Assembly: GCA_964564805.1 (NCBI GenBank)
Contig: CAZMDX010000681.1
Coordinates: 1-50,489 of the forward strand
DNA length: 50,489 nt
DNA from: an uncultured Pseudoalteromonas sp.
Lineage (GTDB): Bacteria; Pseudomonadota; Gammaproteobacteria; Enterobacterales; Alteromonadaceae
Reading direction: 5' to 3'
Shown here: positions 19,085 through 31,096 of the stretch, one piece after another
How the letters are laid out: the number at the start of each line of letters is the position of its first letter
Numbering within the stretch: the first letter of the stretch is position 1
The notes under the pieces: model-generated
Databases searched by the model: none
Told to the model about the DNA's origin: nothing
What the model saw: only the letters and a program-made list of their open reading frames with translations
Position numbers and translations under genes: made by a program

Positions 19085-21853
19085 ATGAAAAGTTTTAATC
19101 CGACACAATTAAAATATGCATTAGCGGTTGTTGCATTGGGTGTGTTGTCAAGCTGCGGTAAACAAACTAGTGAAGAATATATACAAGAAGCTGAGCAATA
19201 TGTTGAACAGAACAATCTAGAAGCTGGAGTTGTAGCCCTAAAAAATGCGGTGCAAATTGAGCCCAAATCTGCACGTGCCAGATTTGAACTTGGTCAGCTC
19301 TATATTCAACAAAAACAATTTGAAAGTGCTGAAAAAGAGCTTGATCGTGCTTTAGAATATGGATTTGAGCCATCAAAAGTCTTACCTCTTCTCACTCAAG
19401 CTTACCAGCGCACTGGCGCTTACTCAGCCATCAGCAAATTAGAGCATCAGCAAGAAGGATTAACATTCGTTGAACGTGCTGAAATCGGCTATTTTAAAGT
19501 GATTGCATTAGTTCGGTTAAATAAAACTGAAGAGGCCCGCTTACTAATAGAAGAATTAGCAGAAATCGATACAGTCTCTGTTTTCAAAAGTTTGACAGCA
19601 GCTTACACGTTGGTATTAGACAAAGATTATGAAACAGCCGCCAACACTGTATCTGAGTTGCGTGCTCAGACACCACAAAATGCTGAAGTACTGAAGTTAT
19701 TAGCTCAGTTGAAGCTGTCGCTTGGGGCACCAGATGAAGCTGCCGAAGTATTTACAGATTATGTTCAGTTTTACCCCGAAGATACACAAACTACTTTTGT
19801 TTTGGCCAAATTATTGGTGGATGTAGGTGAATTAAGTGCTGCTGAGCCATACATAGACAAGCTACTTTTACTCAATGATTTAAATCCTTTGTTGAACCAA
19901 TTGAAGTCTGCAACACTCGCTAATCAGGGTGATTATGTCAATTCCCTAAAACATTCGGAAATAGCAATTACTGGCGGTATTGATGCGCCATCTTTACGTC
20001 TGATGGCAGGGTACGCGGCTTATCAAATACAAGACTTCTCAAGTGCCAATCGGCATCTGACTTATATTGCGGGATTGTTACCAGATAACCACCCAGGTCT
20101 GAAGTTACTTGCTGCTAGTCAACTTCAATTAGGATTGACCTCTGAAGTCGGTGATGTTTTAGCAAGACTTGACCAACTAACAGATAAAGACGCACCTCTA
20201 TTTTCCAAAGCAAGTTATGAGTTACTGCGTGATGGCTTTGAAAAAGAAGCCAAAGTCTTAATTGAAAAGTCATCAAATATTAGTCGTACTGCAGAAGATC
20301 TGACACGATTAGGGCTGTTACAACTTTCATTAAATAATCTTGATGGAATCGTCAACTTAGAAGAGGCGGTTAGTAAGTCGCCTGAATTGGTGAGCGCCCA
20401 AACCACTCTAGCAAAAGCGTATGTAGTTACTAAGCAATATGACAAAGCGTTAGAACTGGCAAGTAACTGGAAAGGCACTAAGCCTGATGACTTAAAACCA
20501 TACCTGTTAGCTGGTGATGTTTATACCAGACAAGAGAAGTTTGAAAAAGCAAAAGTAGAATTTGAAAAAGCATCAGAGATAGACATTAACAGTGTTTCGC
20601 CAAAGCTAGCGATGGTTAATTTAGCTGTAATACAAAAAGACATGCAACAAGCTGGTTTACTACTAGAGAAATTACTTACCGAATACCCAGACAACGTATC
20701 TGCTTTAGCGACTTATTATTTGGTCAGTAAGCAAGATAACAAACAAGCAAAAGGAATTGAAAAAATCCAATCTGCTTTTGACCGCGAACCATCAAATTTT
20801 GCTATAAGGTTATTGTTAGCTCGGGCTCAGGTTGTTGAAACTAACTACCAAGACGCTATTGAGTTGTTGACTGAAGTCAATGATCAAAAAGATTTGCCAA
20901 AGGCTTATTGGAAAACACTAGGCCAGAGCTTTATTAAAACCAATCAACTTCGACCTGCGACCCTGCATTACGATGCATGGTTAACAGAAGAACCTAATGA
21001 TAAAGACGCTATTGTAGGTAAGTTGTTGTTATTGGATAGTCAAAATAAATTTGTAGAAGCCTCGGAATTAACTCAAGGCTATCTTAATAATCGTGACGAT
21101 ATACAAATGCAGTTGTTAAACACACACTTTTTACTAATGCAGGGGGACTATCCTGCCGCACAAACAGTATACGATTTATTGCCAGACAACGTACTTGGTT
21201 TACCCTTAGTTAAAGGATTTCTAGCGCGCTTTCAAATACATAATGAACAGCCAGAGTTGGCGCTGGAAAATGCGCTTATTGCTTACAACGCAACGCCCAA
21301 TAATAGAAATCTGATCTTAATGGTATTCACTTACGATAAATTGAATCAGCTCAATCAGACCATGGAATTACTTAAGCAACATATTGAGCAACAACCTACA
21401 GATTTAACTGCAAAAATGTTGTTAGCAGAAAGACAAATTGGCGATGACTTGCCCGGCGCCATGGCGACCTATGAAGAAGCTTTACGTCAAAACCCCAAAA
21501 ATTATGTTGCTAACAATAACTTAGCGTATTTATATCTTCAAAAGGGTGAAATTGATAAGGCTAAAGGTTATGGAGAAAAAGCGGTTGAACTTAAACCCAA
21601 CAATTCTGCGGCATTAGATACGTTAGCGCAAATACACGTTGCAGAAAAAGACTATGAAGAAGCTTTGGACCTTTATAGTAGAGCAATAACCGATGCCATG
21701 CAAAATGAAGAGATTTATCTTAATTATGTTGAAGCATTATTTTTAGCTGAAGAAACCTTCTTAGCCAAACGCAAACTTAACCAGCGCGAGATGAAAGAGG
21801 GTATATCTATTCTCAGAGCAGCGAAGCTAAAATCTGATTATAATATTGACTAA
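19085..21853 (+). CDS. prsT: PEP-CTERM/XrtA system TPR-repeat lipoprotein
   Basis: Lipobox LSSC, N-terminal LKNAVQ.EP....ARF.LG..Y......SAEKEL.RA, 922 aa of TPRs and C-terminal NNLAY..LDTLA. Confidence 0.8.
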   Translation: MKSFNPTQLKYALAVVALGVLSSCGKQTSEEYIQEAEQYVEQNNLEAGVVALKNAVQIEPKSARARFELGQLYIQQKQFESAEKELDRALEYGFEPSKVLPLLTQAYQRTGAYSAISKLEHQQEGLTFVERAEIGYFKVIALVRLNKTEEARLLIEELAEIDTVSVFKSLTAAYTLVLDKDYETAANTVSELRAQTPQNAEVLKLLAQLKLSLGAPDEAAEVFTDYVQFYPEDTQTTFVLAKLLVDVGELSAAEPYIDKLLLLNDLNPLLNQLKSATLANQGDYVNSLKHSEIAITGGIDAPSLRLMAGYAAYQIQDFSSANRHLTYIAGLLPDNHPGLKLLAASQLQLGLTSEVGDVLARLDQLTDKDAPLFSKASYELLRDGFEKEAKVLIEKSSNISRTAEDLTRLGLLQLSLNNLDGIVNLEEAVSKSPELVSAQTTLAKAYVVTKQYDKALELASNWKGTKPDDLKPYLLAGDVYTRQEKFEKAKVEFEKASEIDINSVSPKLAMVNLAVIQKDMQQAGLLLEKLLTEYPDNVSALATYYLVSKQDNKQAKGIEKIQSAFDREPSNFAIRLLLARAQVVETNYQDAIELLTEVNDQKDLPKAYWKTLGQSFIKTNQLRPATLHYDAWLTEEPNDKDAIVGKLLLLDSQNKFVEASELTQGYLNNRDDIQMQLLNTHFLLMQGDYPAAQTVYDLLPDNVLGLPLVKGFLARFQIHNEQPELALENALIAYNATPNNRNLILMVFTYDKLNQLNQTMELLKQHIEQQPTDLTAKMLLAERQIGDDLPGAMATYEEALRQNPKNYVANNNLAYLYLQKGEIDKAKGYGEKAVELKPNNSAALDTLAQIHVAEKDYEEALDLYSRAITDAMQNEEIYLNYVEALFLAEETFLAKRKLNQREMKEGISILRAAKLKSDYNID

Positions 21854-21894
21854 TAAATTAGTCATACCTTTATTTTAAGCTCAGGTAATTTAGT

Positions 21895-21918
21895 TAGATA
21901 TTCTAGATATTCTAAATA
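21895..21918. repeat. 9-bp tandem duplication (TAGATATTC)x2 plus a partial copy
   Basis: Read directly. Confidence 0.6.
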
Positions 21919-21931
21919 GATTAATGATTTT

Positions 21932-21955
21932 AAGGCCACATTTGTGGCCTTTTTT
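21932..21955 (+). terminator. Rho-independent terminator of prsT
   Basis: AAGGCCAC-ATTT-GTGGCCTT followed by TTTT. Confidence 0.85.
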
Positions 21956-22605
21956 GTTTCCCCAGCGAAGCTGGCAGACCTGTGAACTAGGATATTGTGG
22001 AGTCACCCTAGTTCGCGTGGTAATAATTCGAAAGGCAAGGGTGTTGATAACTATTAGTGTGGAGTATGAAGGAAAGCATAGAAATTTAGATTATGAACTA
22101 ACCGTAACATATTTTGACAGAGTACTGATGCGTAGGCGTCCAAAATAAAACAGCTCCCAATATTCAGTCAAAGCAATGCTGTTCTTGTGGATAGGATTTA
22201 ACAGGGTGTCATAATGCAGTGCCGGAACAACTATGGGAGGATTAATATCGTATCCACCTGAACATAGTTGCACGTATTATTAAATACGAAAATCAAGAAT
22301 ATTGCGAGTGTGGGTAGTGGATAGACCCATAATAACTAGTATGGCTAGATATATGAAAGCCAATAGAGTGCGAAGGATAAGCCAATCTAACAAGCACCAT
22401 CGAAACACAGCTACCAATACACAGCCGAAATACATAGTAACAAGATGTATTAAAGTATTTGTAGGTATTCTTAAGTCAATTAAAAACTTATTTACAGCCC
22501 ATACAAAACGTTAATGACCTAAAGTTTTTCCTATGTATGATACCGATGACATCAGCCATCCTGACCAGTTATAAGTAATATTAACGGTTTGTTTTTTAAT
22601 CCCGG

Positions 22606-22992
22606 TCAAGAGAATAAACGTGCTTCACCTGCTTGACGTCTCTTGGCTTTTAATACTAGCAGCAGTGTAATTAAACCGGGCAGTGCTTGTATGTATAGAA
22701 TATTAGAATTGATATTAAGCCCACCAAAAATGCCAGCAATAGTGACACATATTAGTAGAAATACTTTTAAACTTTGATTACCGCTCATAAGAGCCCATAA
22801 TAATCCGAAGCCTAAAAAGCTATTGTATAGACCTTGATTCATCGCTAATAATTCTGAAGATTTTGCCACCTCTGCCGTCATTGAAAATATTTTTTGTCCA
22901 ACAGGATGATTCCAGTAAAACATTTCTAGCACCATTATTCCCATATGTAAAAGAGCGACTAAAAAGGTCATAAAACCAGCAAAAAACTTCAT
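22606..22992 (-). CDS. DUF1304-family membrane protein
   Basis: VALLH..IMVLEMF.W, LAMNQGLYN.FL..GL.W and QALP. Confidence 0.85.
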   Translation of the reverse strand: MKFFAGFMTFLVALLHMGIMVLEMFYWNHPVGQKIFSMTAEVAKSSELLAMNQGLYNSFLGFGLLWALMSGNQSLKVFLLICVTIAGIFGGLNINSNILYIQALPGLITLLLVLKAKRRQAGEARLFS

Positions 22993-23139
22993 AGATAATA
23001 CCTTGACTACTTTGGTTCAGATGTATCTATTTATAGTGTGGCAATTTGTCTTGAGTTGCAAGTATTGGTGTTAATACTGCTGTCTTAGTTAATACATAGT
23101 TTTACTATCGAATAAACATAAACAAAATAAACTCGTATT

Positions 23140-23165
23140 AAAAAAAAAGCGCCTTACGGCGCTTT
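23140..23165 (-). terminator. Rho-independent terminator after hflC
   Basis: Minus strand AAAGCGCC-GTAA-GGCGCTTT plus a T run. Confidence 0.9.
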
Positions 23166-23182
23166 GAATCATGAATAGACTA

Positions 23183-24070
23183 TTACTGTTGTTTTCCGCT
23201 TGGGTCTTTCATGTAGCGAAAGAAGTCGCTGTCTGGTTCAACAACCAGCACGTCTTGTTTGCTACTGAAGCTTTTCTTGTAAGCATCCATACTACGTAAA
23301 AAACTGTAGAACTCTGGGTCTTTCGTATATGTCTCAGCATAAATCTGTGCAGCTTGGGCTTCACCTTCACCCCGAAGTTTACGCAGGTTACGCTCTGCAT
23401 CAGCTAACATAACGGTTATTTTGGCATCGATATCAGCTTTAATAAATTCAGCTTTCTCTTTACCTTCAGAACGGTGTTCTCTGGCTACTGCTTCACGTTC
23501 ACTACGCATACGTTGGAATATAAAATTCCTTACTTCCAATGGTAAGTTAATTTGTTTAACACGCACATCAATGATCATTATGCCCAGCTCGTCAGAGCTA
23601 CTCGCAGCTTGTGCCATGGCTTCATCCATCAATTCTGAACGCTCACCTGAAACAATTTGTTGAATAGTACGGGTACCAAACTCAGAACGCAGTCCATTAT
23701 TCACTTTTTGTTGCAGTAGTATCTCAGCACTAGATTTAATACCACCTGTGGCTAAATAGTACTTCGCAAAATCTTCAATTTTCCACTTAACGTACAAGTC
23801 GACAATCAAATCTTTTTTCTCAGCAGTCACAAAACGATCCGGCTGTTCGTCCAATGTCTGAATACGTGCGTCGAGTGTGACTACACGGTCAAAGAAAGGT
23901 AGCTTCAAGTGTAAACCTGGTTCGAAAACTGTGGTATCACCTGTTTCGCTATCTCTTTGCACTTTACCAAACTGAATAACAATTGCTTTGTTGCCTTCTT
24001 CTACAACAAATAATGAACCAAATATAAGTAACCCTAAGGCTACAATTATCAATGCAATAAAATTTTTCAT
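23183..24070 (-). CDS. hflC: FtsH protease modulator HflC
   Basis: PGLHLKLPF, LDARIQTLD, RFVT.EKKDLIVD, RMRSERE.VA and DPEFYSFLRS. Follows hflK. Confidence 0.96.
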   Translation of the reverse strand: MKNFIALIIVALGLLIFGSLFVVEEGNKAIVIQFGKVQRDSETGDTTVFEPGLHLKLPFFDRVVTLDARIQTLDEQPDRFVTAEKKDLIVDLYVKWKIEDFAKYYLATGGIKSSAEILLQQKVNNGLRSEFGTRTIQQIVSGERSELMDEAMAQAASSSDELGIMIIDVRVKQINLPLEVRNFIFQRMRSEREAVAREHRSEGKEKAEFIKADIDAKITVMLADAERNLRKLRGEGEAQAAQIYAETYTKDPEFYSFLRSMDAYKKSFSSKQDVLVVEPDSDFFRYMKDPSGKQQ

Positions 24071-24073
24071 AGC

Positions 24074-25231
24074 CTAGTTTCTCCCACTACGTGCACCGTT
24101 ATTACGGTTGTTTCTGGAGTTGCCGTTTAACGGTTGTGTGTCTTCGTCTTGATTACGCAAACCTTCTAAAGTACTGCGGATATTAGCTGGAACGGTTGGT
24201 CCAGATTGATTCCCGAGTATTTTGTCTAGTGGTAAATACATCATGTTGCCAGTGCCTTCAGTATCCACCAGTATTTTACTGGTATTGCCGTACACTTCTT
24301 CCATCGATTCAAGATAAATACGACTCCGTGTGACTTCTGGCGCAGCTGTGTACTGAGGAAGTAATTCTTCAAAACGTGCTACTGCACCTTGCGCTTCCAA
24401 CGTGACACGTTCTTTATAAGCTTGGGCCTCTTGCGCCAAACGGTTTACTTGTCCACGAGCTCGAGGTTCAATTTCACGAGAATAAGCTTCTGCTTCATTT
24501 ATGAAACGTTGTTCATCTTCTTGTGCTGCAATTGCATCATCAAAAGCTTCTTTTACTTCCTCTGGAGGTCTTGCGTCCTTGAAGTTCATATCGACCACAG
24601 ATATACCCATATCATATGATTCAATAATGCCCGACAATTCATCGCTCACGCTTTGCCTAGTCGCTTCACGGCCAGCTGTTAGCACGGCATCCATTTTTGA
24701 ATGTCCTACAACGTAACGAATAGCACTGTCAAATGCCTGACTCAGGCTTTCTTCAGGACTGGTCACTGCAAAACTATATTTATAAGGTTCGAGGATACGG
24801 TATTGGACTTCCATCTCAACACGAACAACGTTTTCGTCTTCAGTTAACATTGAACCAGAAGACGGCAATGAGCGGATAGTTTTTACGTCTACTGGGATAA
24901 TTTCGTCTATGAAAGTTGGCTTCCATTGTAAACCTGGGTCAACAAAGTTGCTAAATTCACCAAAACGTAGCACAACTCCGCGTTCAGCTTCACGAATAGT
25001 ATAGAAACCGCTAAATACCCAGCCAATAACCAGTATACCTACGATTACAGCAGCACCAATTCCACCTAGGCTTTTACCGCCGGATGAACCATTAGAGCCA
25101 CCTCCACCAAACTTGCCAAACTTATTCATCAAGTTTTTAAACACCTCGTCTAAATCAGGCGGGCCTTGGTCTCGGCCGCCCTTGTTTTTCCAAGGATCGT
25201 TATTGTTTCCACCGGGCTCATTCCAAGCCAT
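24074..25231 (-). CDS. hflK: FtsH protease modulator HflK
   Basis: MAWNEPG..DPW..QGPPDLD, MLTEDENVV and RPPEEVK.AFDDAI. Confidence 0.96.
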   Translation of the reverse strand: MAWNEPGGNNNDPWKNKGGRDQGPPDLDEVFKNLMNKFGKFGGGGSNGSSGGKSLGGIGAAVIVGILVIGWVFSGFYTIREAERGVVLRFGEFSNFVDPGLQWKPTFIDEIIPVDVKTIRSLPSSGSMLTEDENVVRVEMEVQYRILEPYKYSFAVTSPEESLSQAFDSAIRYVVGHSKMDAVLTAGREATRQSVSDELSGIIESYDMGISVVDMNFKDARPPEEVKEAFDDAIAAQEDEQRFINEAEAYSREIEPRARGQVNRLAQEAQAYKERVTLEAQGAVARFEELLPQYTAAPEVTRSRIYLESMEEVYGNTSKILVDTEGTGNMMYLPLDKILGNQSGPTVPANIRSTLEGLRNQDEDTQPLNGNSRNNRNNGARSGRN

Positions 25232-25314
25232 CATGTCTCTCCAGCTAGTTAATTCAATAAATAGGTCATATGACCATTACGAGTTTTTTAATATTTTTGA
25301 TCTGTTATTTGTAA

Positions 25315-26604
25315 TTAATGTTCAACTATATAGGACTCTAAATCAACGTCAGTGCGTTTAATTAGTCTGTTCCAATCTCTTTGCTCCATACGCACATCGA
25401 CCTGCCAATCGCCATTTTCTGCATAATCTTGTGAGGCAATGCAATTCATGTCAAAAAACACACCACGCAAGTTACTTTTATGTGGAGGTATCAATAATCT
25501 ATGTTGTACCATGTTTTTTGATAAACATTCAGTAATAGCGTTGAGCAACAAATCGATACCTAAACCTTGCTGTGCAGATAACCAAACGCGAATAGGCATA
25601 CCTGATTCATCACGATCAATCTTTGCACTTACACCGTCCATTCTATCGATTTTGTTACACACCATTAGCTGTTGAATATCGTCAGCTTTTATCTCTCCAA
25701 GCACTTCATTTACTTGTCCAGTATTTTCTTGAAACTGGTCGTCAGAATAATCCACTACATGCAATAAAAGATTGGCTTGTTGCGTTTCTTGTAAGGTAGC
25801 TTTAAACGCAGCAATTAGATCATGGGGTAGGTGACGGATAAAACCAACCGTGTCAGCAAGAATTGCTGAACCCACATCCTGCAATTGAATCTTTCTAAGT
25901 GTTGGATCAAGTGTGGCAAAAAGCTGGTCGGCGACATATACACCAGACTGTGTCATAGAATTAAACAACGTTGATTTGCCTGCGTTGGTATAACCGACAA
26001 GGGAAACAGTTGGAATTTCCGCGCGAACTCTCGAACGTCGGCCTTGCTCACGTTGTTTTTGTACTTTATCGAGACGACGCAAAATAGCTTTGATCCTCGC
26101 CCTCAATAACCGCCTGTCGGTTTCAAGTTGACTTTCACCTGGTCCGCGCAGTCCAATTCCACCTTTTTGTTTGTCTAGGTGTGTCCACCCTCGGATCAAC
26201 CGGGTGCTCATATGGCGAAGTTGCGCTAATTCTACCTGTAATTTGCCTTCATGGGTACGAGCACGCTGGGCAAAAATGTCCAATATCAAACCTGTACGGT
26301 CTAATACTCTACATTTACATAGCGCTTCTAAATTTCTTTCTTGAGATGGGGATAAACTGTGATTAAAAATTACCACATCGGCTTGATGCGCTCTGACAGC
26401 ATTAGCAATTTCTTCAGCTTTACCACTACCGACAAAATATCGAACTTGCGGTGCTTGCCTAGAACCTGTCACCACGTCTATGGCTTTTACACCTGCGGAA
26501 GACACAAGAAGTTGTAACTCTAATAAATCTTCTTTACTATTTTCATCAGCAAAGTCAACATGCACTAAAACAGCCTGTTCACCTGCTTCATAACGGTCAA
26601 ACAA
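25315..26604 (-). CDS. hflX: Ribosome-splitting GTPase HflX (TTG start)
   Basis: MFDRYEAGE, RGPGESQLETDRR, GYTNAGKST, LFATLDPT, DTVGFI and NKID. GGAG RBS present. Confidence 0.97.
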   Translation of the reverse strand: MFDRYEAGEQAVLVHVDFADENSKEDLLELQLLVSSAGVKAIDVVTGSRQAPQVRYFVGSGKAEEIANAVRAHQADVVIFNHSLSPSQERNLEALCKCRVLDRTGLILDIFAQRARTHEGKLQVELAQLRHMSTRLIRGWTHLDKQKGGIGLRGPGESQLETDRRLLRARIKAILRRLDKVQKQREQGRRSRVRAEIPTVSLVGYTNAGKSTLFNSMTQSGVYVADQLFATLDPTLRKIQLQDVGSAILADTVGFIRHLPHDLIAAFKATLQETQQANLLLHVVDYSDDQFQENTGQVNEVLGEIKADDIQQLMVCNKIDRMDGVSAKIDRDESGMPIRVWLSAQQGLGIDLLLNAITECLSKNMVQHRLLIPPHKSNLRGVFFDMNCIASQDYAENGDWQVDVRMEQRDWNRLIKRTDVDLESYIVEH

Positions 26605-26625
26605 TCCGCTCTCCTAAAACAATAT

Positions 26626-26883
<258 letters not shown>

Positions 26884-26946
26884 TTATTATAAAATTTTAC
26901 CCTAAAACAAGATTATACAGAAAAAAAAATAGCTGTATAGGCTGCC

Positions 26947-27900
26947 TTATGATTGAAACTGACTATGTTCAATTACTTTCGTCAGATTGTCTGACGAAAA
27001 TGTATCTAACGAATGAATATTTTCCCAACCTCTTAACCAAGTCAACTGTCTTTTGGCTAACTGACGTGTTGCAGCCACTGATTTTTCACGCATAACGTTA
27101 AAATCGAAATCGCCATCTAGATACTGCCACATTTGTCTGTAACCGACACATCTAATAGAGGGTAAATTCAAATGTAGATCACCCCTACCTCTTAATTTTT
27201 CTACTTCAGCCTGAAAGCCTGAATCAATCATCAGCTCAAAACGTTGAGCAATGCGTTGATGAAGTACTTTTCGGTCTTCCGGATTGATAGAAAATTGCTT
27301 TATGTTATAAGGTATGGGGTCAGACTTAGTTGCCATCAAGTCTGTCATTGAACAATTAGTGAGTTGATGTACTTCTAAGGCTCTCAATAAACGTTGAGGA
27401 TCATTGGGATGAATTCGCCTAGCAGAAGCAGGATCAATTTTAGCCAGTTGTTGATGTAACGTATTCCATCCAAATTCCTCAGCTTTTTTCTCTATGATTT
27501 TTCTCACATTTTGATTTGATTCTGGTAATGGTGAAAGCCCGTCGATGAGAGCTTTGTAATACATCATAGTGCCACCTACTAACAACGGGATATTGCCCCT
27601 TGCTGTTATATCTTGCATGGCGGACAAGGCATCTTTACGAAACTCAGCCACTGAATAAGTTTGTGCGGGATCCAAAATATCTATTAATTTGTGAGGCGCT
27701 TTTTTTAATTCCTGAGCGTTAGGTTTCGCTGTTCCAATGTCCATACCCCGATAAATCAATGCAGAATCAACACTTATTATTTCACAAGGTAGATTTTCGC
27801 AAATTTTAATCGCAAGGTCTGTTTTCCCCGATGCAGTAGGCCCCATTAAAAATAACGCAGGTGGTAACAAATCTGGTGTATTGCCTACGTTTTCAGTCAT
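26947..27900 (-). CDS. miaA: tRNA dimethylallyltransferase
   Basis: [33 protein letters not shown] and [10 protein letters not shown]. Confidence 0.97.
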   Translation of the reverse strand: MTENVGNTPDLLPPALFLMGPTASGKTDLAIKICENLPCEIISVDSALIYRGMDIGTAKPNAQELKKAPHKLIDILDPAQTYSVAEFRKDALSAMQDITARGNIPLLVGGTMMYYKALIDGLSPLPESNQNVRKIIEKKAEEFGWNTLHQQLAKIDPASARRIHPNDPQRLLRALEVHQLTNCSMTDLMATKSDPIPYNIKQFSINPEDRKVLHQRIAQRFELMIDSGFQAEVEKLRGRGDLHLNLPSIRCVGYRQMWQYLDGDFDFNVMREKSVAATRQLAKRQLTWLRGWENIHSLDTFSSDNLTKVIEHSQFQS

Positions 27901-29701
27901 ATGTTTTCAACCAATCATCTATGTTTACTGATTGGCTTATTTGAGCAATATCATGTTCTAGATTCACCGATGTGTGAACAAAATTTTGCCATAGTTCTTG
28001 TATCTGGATAAGCGTCATCTCTTCATTTGAAACTATACAAGTTAACAAATGTTTTCTTACTTTCTTTGTTTCTTTTTCTAAACATCCCAGAATATCTTCT
28101 AAGCATCCTACCCATCGAAATTGCCTCAATCCTGCAGGTACTTTACGTAAAATGATTTTATTGGGTGTCCAGCCTATTTCTACACTGTTTTCTAAAAGAG
28201 GTTGATAGAGTGATTTTGCCCGTGCCAGTAAATCTGTATTGGCTTTTATAGAAATAGGCATTAACAAAGGCTGGCTCACTGGCATCGCATCCAAATAAAG
28301 TTTAGACATCACACTGAGATGAAGAACCGTAGTTTCGAGTAAATAAAAGTTTTGTCCAATGTTAAGCAGCATCTTTTTATCTGAAACCTGTAACCATTGC
28401 CCTGGCATTGCGATCGGTTGTTCACTTGATTTTACTGGTTTCGAAGAGGTCATCAATTGTTGATAGTTTTTTGAAGATTGATTGATAATTTGTGAAGAGT
28501 TGACTAAATGTTCAGCTTTGTCTTTATTTGCTAAAGTGCTCGAAGAGTTATATGGCTGGTTGCCATCGCCAGAATAACTAGATAACCGCTCATCAACACT
28601 GGTCTCAGATATCAGTCTTTGCAATGGCTGTATGTAGTCATGATTGGGCTGTATTTGCGGCAATACGCTTACCTCAGGGCTGGGTTGTTGCTGACCTTTT
28701 TCAAAATATTGATTGAGCGAATCTGTCAAAGCTCTGTATATAAAATCATGAACCAAACGGGCTTGATGAAATCTCACCTCATGTTTAGCTGGGTGCACAT
28801 TTACATCGACTTGGTTCGGCTCAAGGGTCAAGTATAACACATAAGCTGGATGCAAATCGGCACCGATTAGGCCTTCAAACGCTTGACGGACTGCATGATT
28901 GATTAGCTTGTCGCGCATCATACGACCATTGACATAAAAATACTGAAAGTCACCTTGGCTTTTGGCTTGCTCTGGTTGAGCCAACCAACCCTTTAATTCA
29001 AACTGTTGATATTGGCTATTAAGTTCGATGCTTTGCTCAGCGAATTCTTTACCACAAATCGTACTAAGGCGCTTTTGTTCAGTGCTTTGAGCTTTTACTG
29101 CTGGGTATCTCCGCAGCAGCTTACCATTATGCTTAAGGCTAAAACTCACATCAAATCGACTCAGTGCTATACGTCTTACAACTTCATCAATATGTGTAAA
29201 CTCAGTTTTTTCAGTGCGTAAAAACTTTCTCCTCGCGGGAGTATTGAAAAATAAATCGATTACATCAACACTAGTGCCATCTGGGTGTGCAACTGGATTT
29301 AGTTGTACTTGCATATCACGCCCTTCGCAATGTGCTTGCCAAGCTTGGCTCTGTTCCCCAGGTTTAGAACTTAAACTCAAGCGTGAAACTGAGCTAATAC
29401 TGGCTAAAGCTTCACCACGAAAACCCAAACTACAGATCGCCTCTAAATCATCTAACTTGGTTATTTTACTTGTGGCATGGCGGCTTAAAGCTAGTGCAAG
29501 TTCCTCGTGGGGAATACCACTACCATTATCGCGGATTAAAATACGTTTATGTCCGCCCTTTTCTATATCAATTTCAATCGATGTAGCCCCGGAGTCTAGG
29601 CTATTTTCTACTATTTCCTTGACTACAGAAGCCGGGCGTTCGACCACTTCTCCAGCGGCTATTTGGTTGGCTAATCTTGCGGGGAGTATTTGAATCGGCA
29701 A
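27893..29701 (-). CDS. mutL: DNA mismatch repair protein MutL (TTG start)
   Basis: [46 protein letters not shown] and QPLLMP. No DQHA endonuclease motif seen. Confidence 0.97.
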   Translation of the reverse strand: MPIQILPARLANQIAAGEVVERPASVVKEIVENSLDSGATSIEIDIEKGGHKRILIRDNGSGIPHEELALALSRHATSKITKLDDLEAICSLGFRGEALASISSVSRLSLSSKPGEQSQAWQAHCEGRDMQVQLNPVAHPDGTSVDVIDLFFNTPARRKFLRTEKTEFTHIDEVVRRIALSRFDVSFSLKHNGKLLRRYPAVKAQSTEQKRLSTICGKEFAEQSIELNSQYQQFELKGWLAQPEQAKSQGDFQYFYVNGRMMRDKLINHAVRQAFEGLIGADLHPAYVLYLTLEPNQVDVNVHPAKHEVRFHQARLVHDFIYRALTDSLNQYFEKGQQQPSPEVSVLPQIQPNHDYIQPLQRLISETSVDERLSSYSGDGNQPYNSSSTLANKDKAEHLVNSSQIINQSSKNYQQLMTSSKPVKSSEQPIAMPGQWLQVSDKKMLLNIGQNFYLLETTVLHLSVMSKLYLDAMPVSQPLLMPISIKANTDLLARAKSLYQPLLENSVEIGWTPNKIILRKVPAGLRQFRWVGCLEDILGCLEKETKKVRKHLLTCIVSNEEMTLIQIQELWQNFVHTSVNLEHDIAQISQSVNIDDWLKTYD

Positions 29702-29751
29702 AATAATGACCTTGGTGTAAATGCTAAATATAAAATGAAAAAATAAAAGAG

Positions 29752-31086
29752 TTAAGTGCTAGGGATCATCAAAACCTGCCCAATTTGTACTACATCGGTA
29801 TTAAGATTATTCGCTTTTTTTAATGTACTAATTTGTACATTGTAACGTTGCGCCAGTAAAGATAATGATTCACCGCTACGTACTCTATGAGTGCGTTTTT
29901 CTTGTTTCCACTTAGCCCATAAAGAACCATCTGGGGGGGATCCTGTAAAATGTTGTCTTAACCCATTAAATACCGATTGCGCCAACCTCTGCCTATATTG
30001 AGACCAATTCAAATTTTTCTCTTCTTGAGGGTTAGAAATAAATCCAGTTTCTACCAAAATAGAAGGTATATCTGGCGAAGTTAAAACTGCAAGACTGGCT
30101 GCCTGAGGAATCTTTTTATGTAACTTTGTGACTTTACTCAGGTGTTTAATCATGTCTCGACTGACGTCGTAACTAGTCGTCAAAGAGTGATCCATAGACA
30201 TATCAAGTAACGCTTGTGCCAAATAACGTTCATTCGCTGTATCTTGGATAATTTCAGCAGCACCACCCAATAATTCAGAGTGCCGCTCGGTCCTTTCCAT
30301 CCAACGCCCTAATTCAGTGTTCGCTCTTTTCATAGACAACACCCACACAGAAGCCCCTCTAGGATGAGGTGTAGTAAAAGCATCTGCGTGTATTGACACA
30401 AACATATCAGCCTTATGTTTTCTGGCAAGTTGTGGCCGCTTATTTGGTGAAATATAATAATCACCAGTGCGTGTCATCACTGCTTTCATACCTTTTTCTT
30501 TATTAATCAGCGACTCTAATCGTTTAGCGATACCTAAAGTAATATTTTTTTCATAACTTCCACTGGGGCCAACTGAACCTGGGTCTTCTCCACCATGACC
30601 AGCATCAATAACAATGACTATATCTCTGTCTGTTGTGGATTTTGAATTTAACACAATTTGTGGTGTAGAAGAGTTTGGATCATTTAAATCAATTACCAGC
30701 CTATTCCCATAAGGAGCAGTGGGAGGTAACGCAAATATATTTTTTTCGAGTTTTTTGTTTAATTCAATGACGACACGAACTGATTGAGAGTTCTTGGCCG
30801 TGCTGTAACGTACTTTGTTGACTAACTTACTTTCATTCACGATCGTTGAGAAATCAAAGATCTTTGGCGTGTTTTCTATGTCGATGACTAATCGATATGG
30901 ATTTTTTAGTGTGAAGTAAGTGTATTCGGGCGTATCAGATAAGTCGAAAACTAAGCGCGTGGTATCAGGGGAAGGCCAAATACGCAGTCCCTCGATAGTA
31001 TTTTTAGCAAAACTTACAGTACTAAAACTCATCAGCGAAAAACTGATTAGTAGTACATTAAATTGTTTGAACCAAGACGTTTGCAT
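29752..31086 (-). CDS. amiB: N-acetylmuramoyl-L-alanine amidase (AMIN + Amidase_3 + LysM)
   Basis: Signal peptide, [26 protein letters not shown]-terminal LysM, and position between tsaE and mutL. Confidence 0.92.
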   Translation of the reverse strand: MQTSWFKQFNVLLISFSLMSFSTVSFAKNTIEGLRIWPSPDTTRLVFDLSDTPEYTYFTLKNPYRLVIDIENTPKIFDFSTIVNESKLVNKVRYSTAKNSQSVRVVIELNKKLEKNIFALPPTAPYGNRLVIDLNDPNSSTPQIVLNSKSTTDRDIVIVIDAGHGGEDPGSVGPSGSYEKNITLGIAKRLESLINKEKGMKAVMTRTGDYYISPNKRPQLARKHKADMFVSIHADAFTTPHPRGASVWVLSMKRANTELGRWMERTERHSELLGGAAEIIQDTANERYLAQALLDMSMDHSLTTSYDVSRDMIKHLSKVTKLHKKIPQAASLAVLTSPDIPSILVETGFISNPQEEKNLNWSQYRQRLAQSVFNGLRQHFTGSPPDGSLWAKWKQEKRTHRVRSGESLSLLAQRYNVQISTLKKANNLNTDVVQIGQVLMIPST

Positions 31087-31096
31087 TATTACTTTT

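Noticed and set aside
21847-21864. Palindrome TGACTAAT-AA-ATTAGTCA over the prsT stop, sharing a 10-mer with the 43047-43089 hairpin arm
   Set aside because: Short and AT-rich, so the shared 10-mer is plausible by chance. A proper terminator lies downstream.
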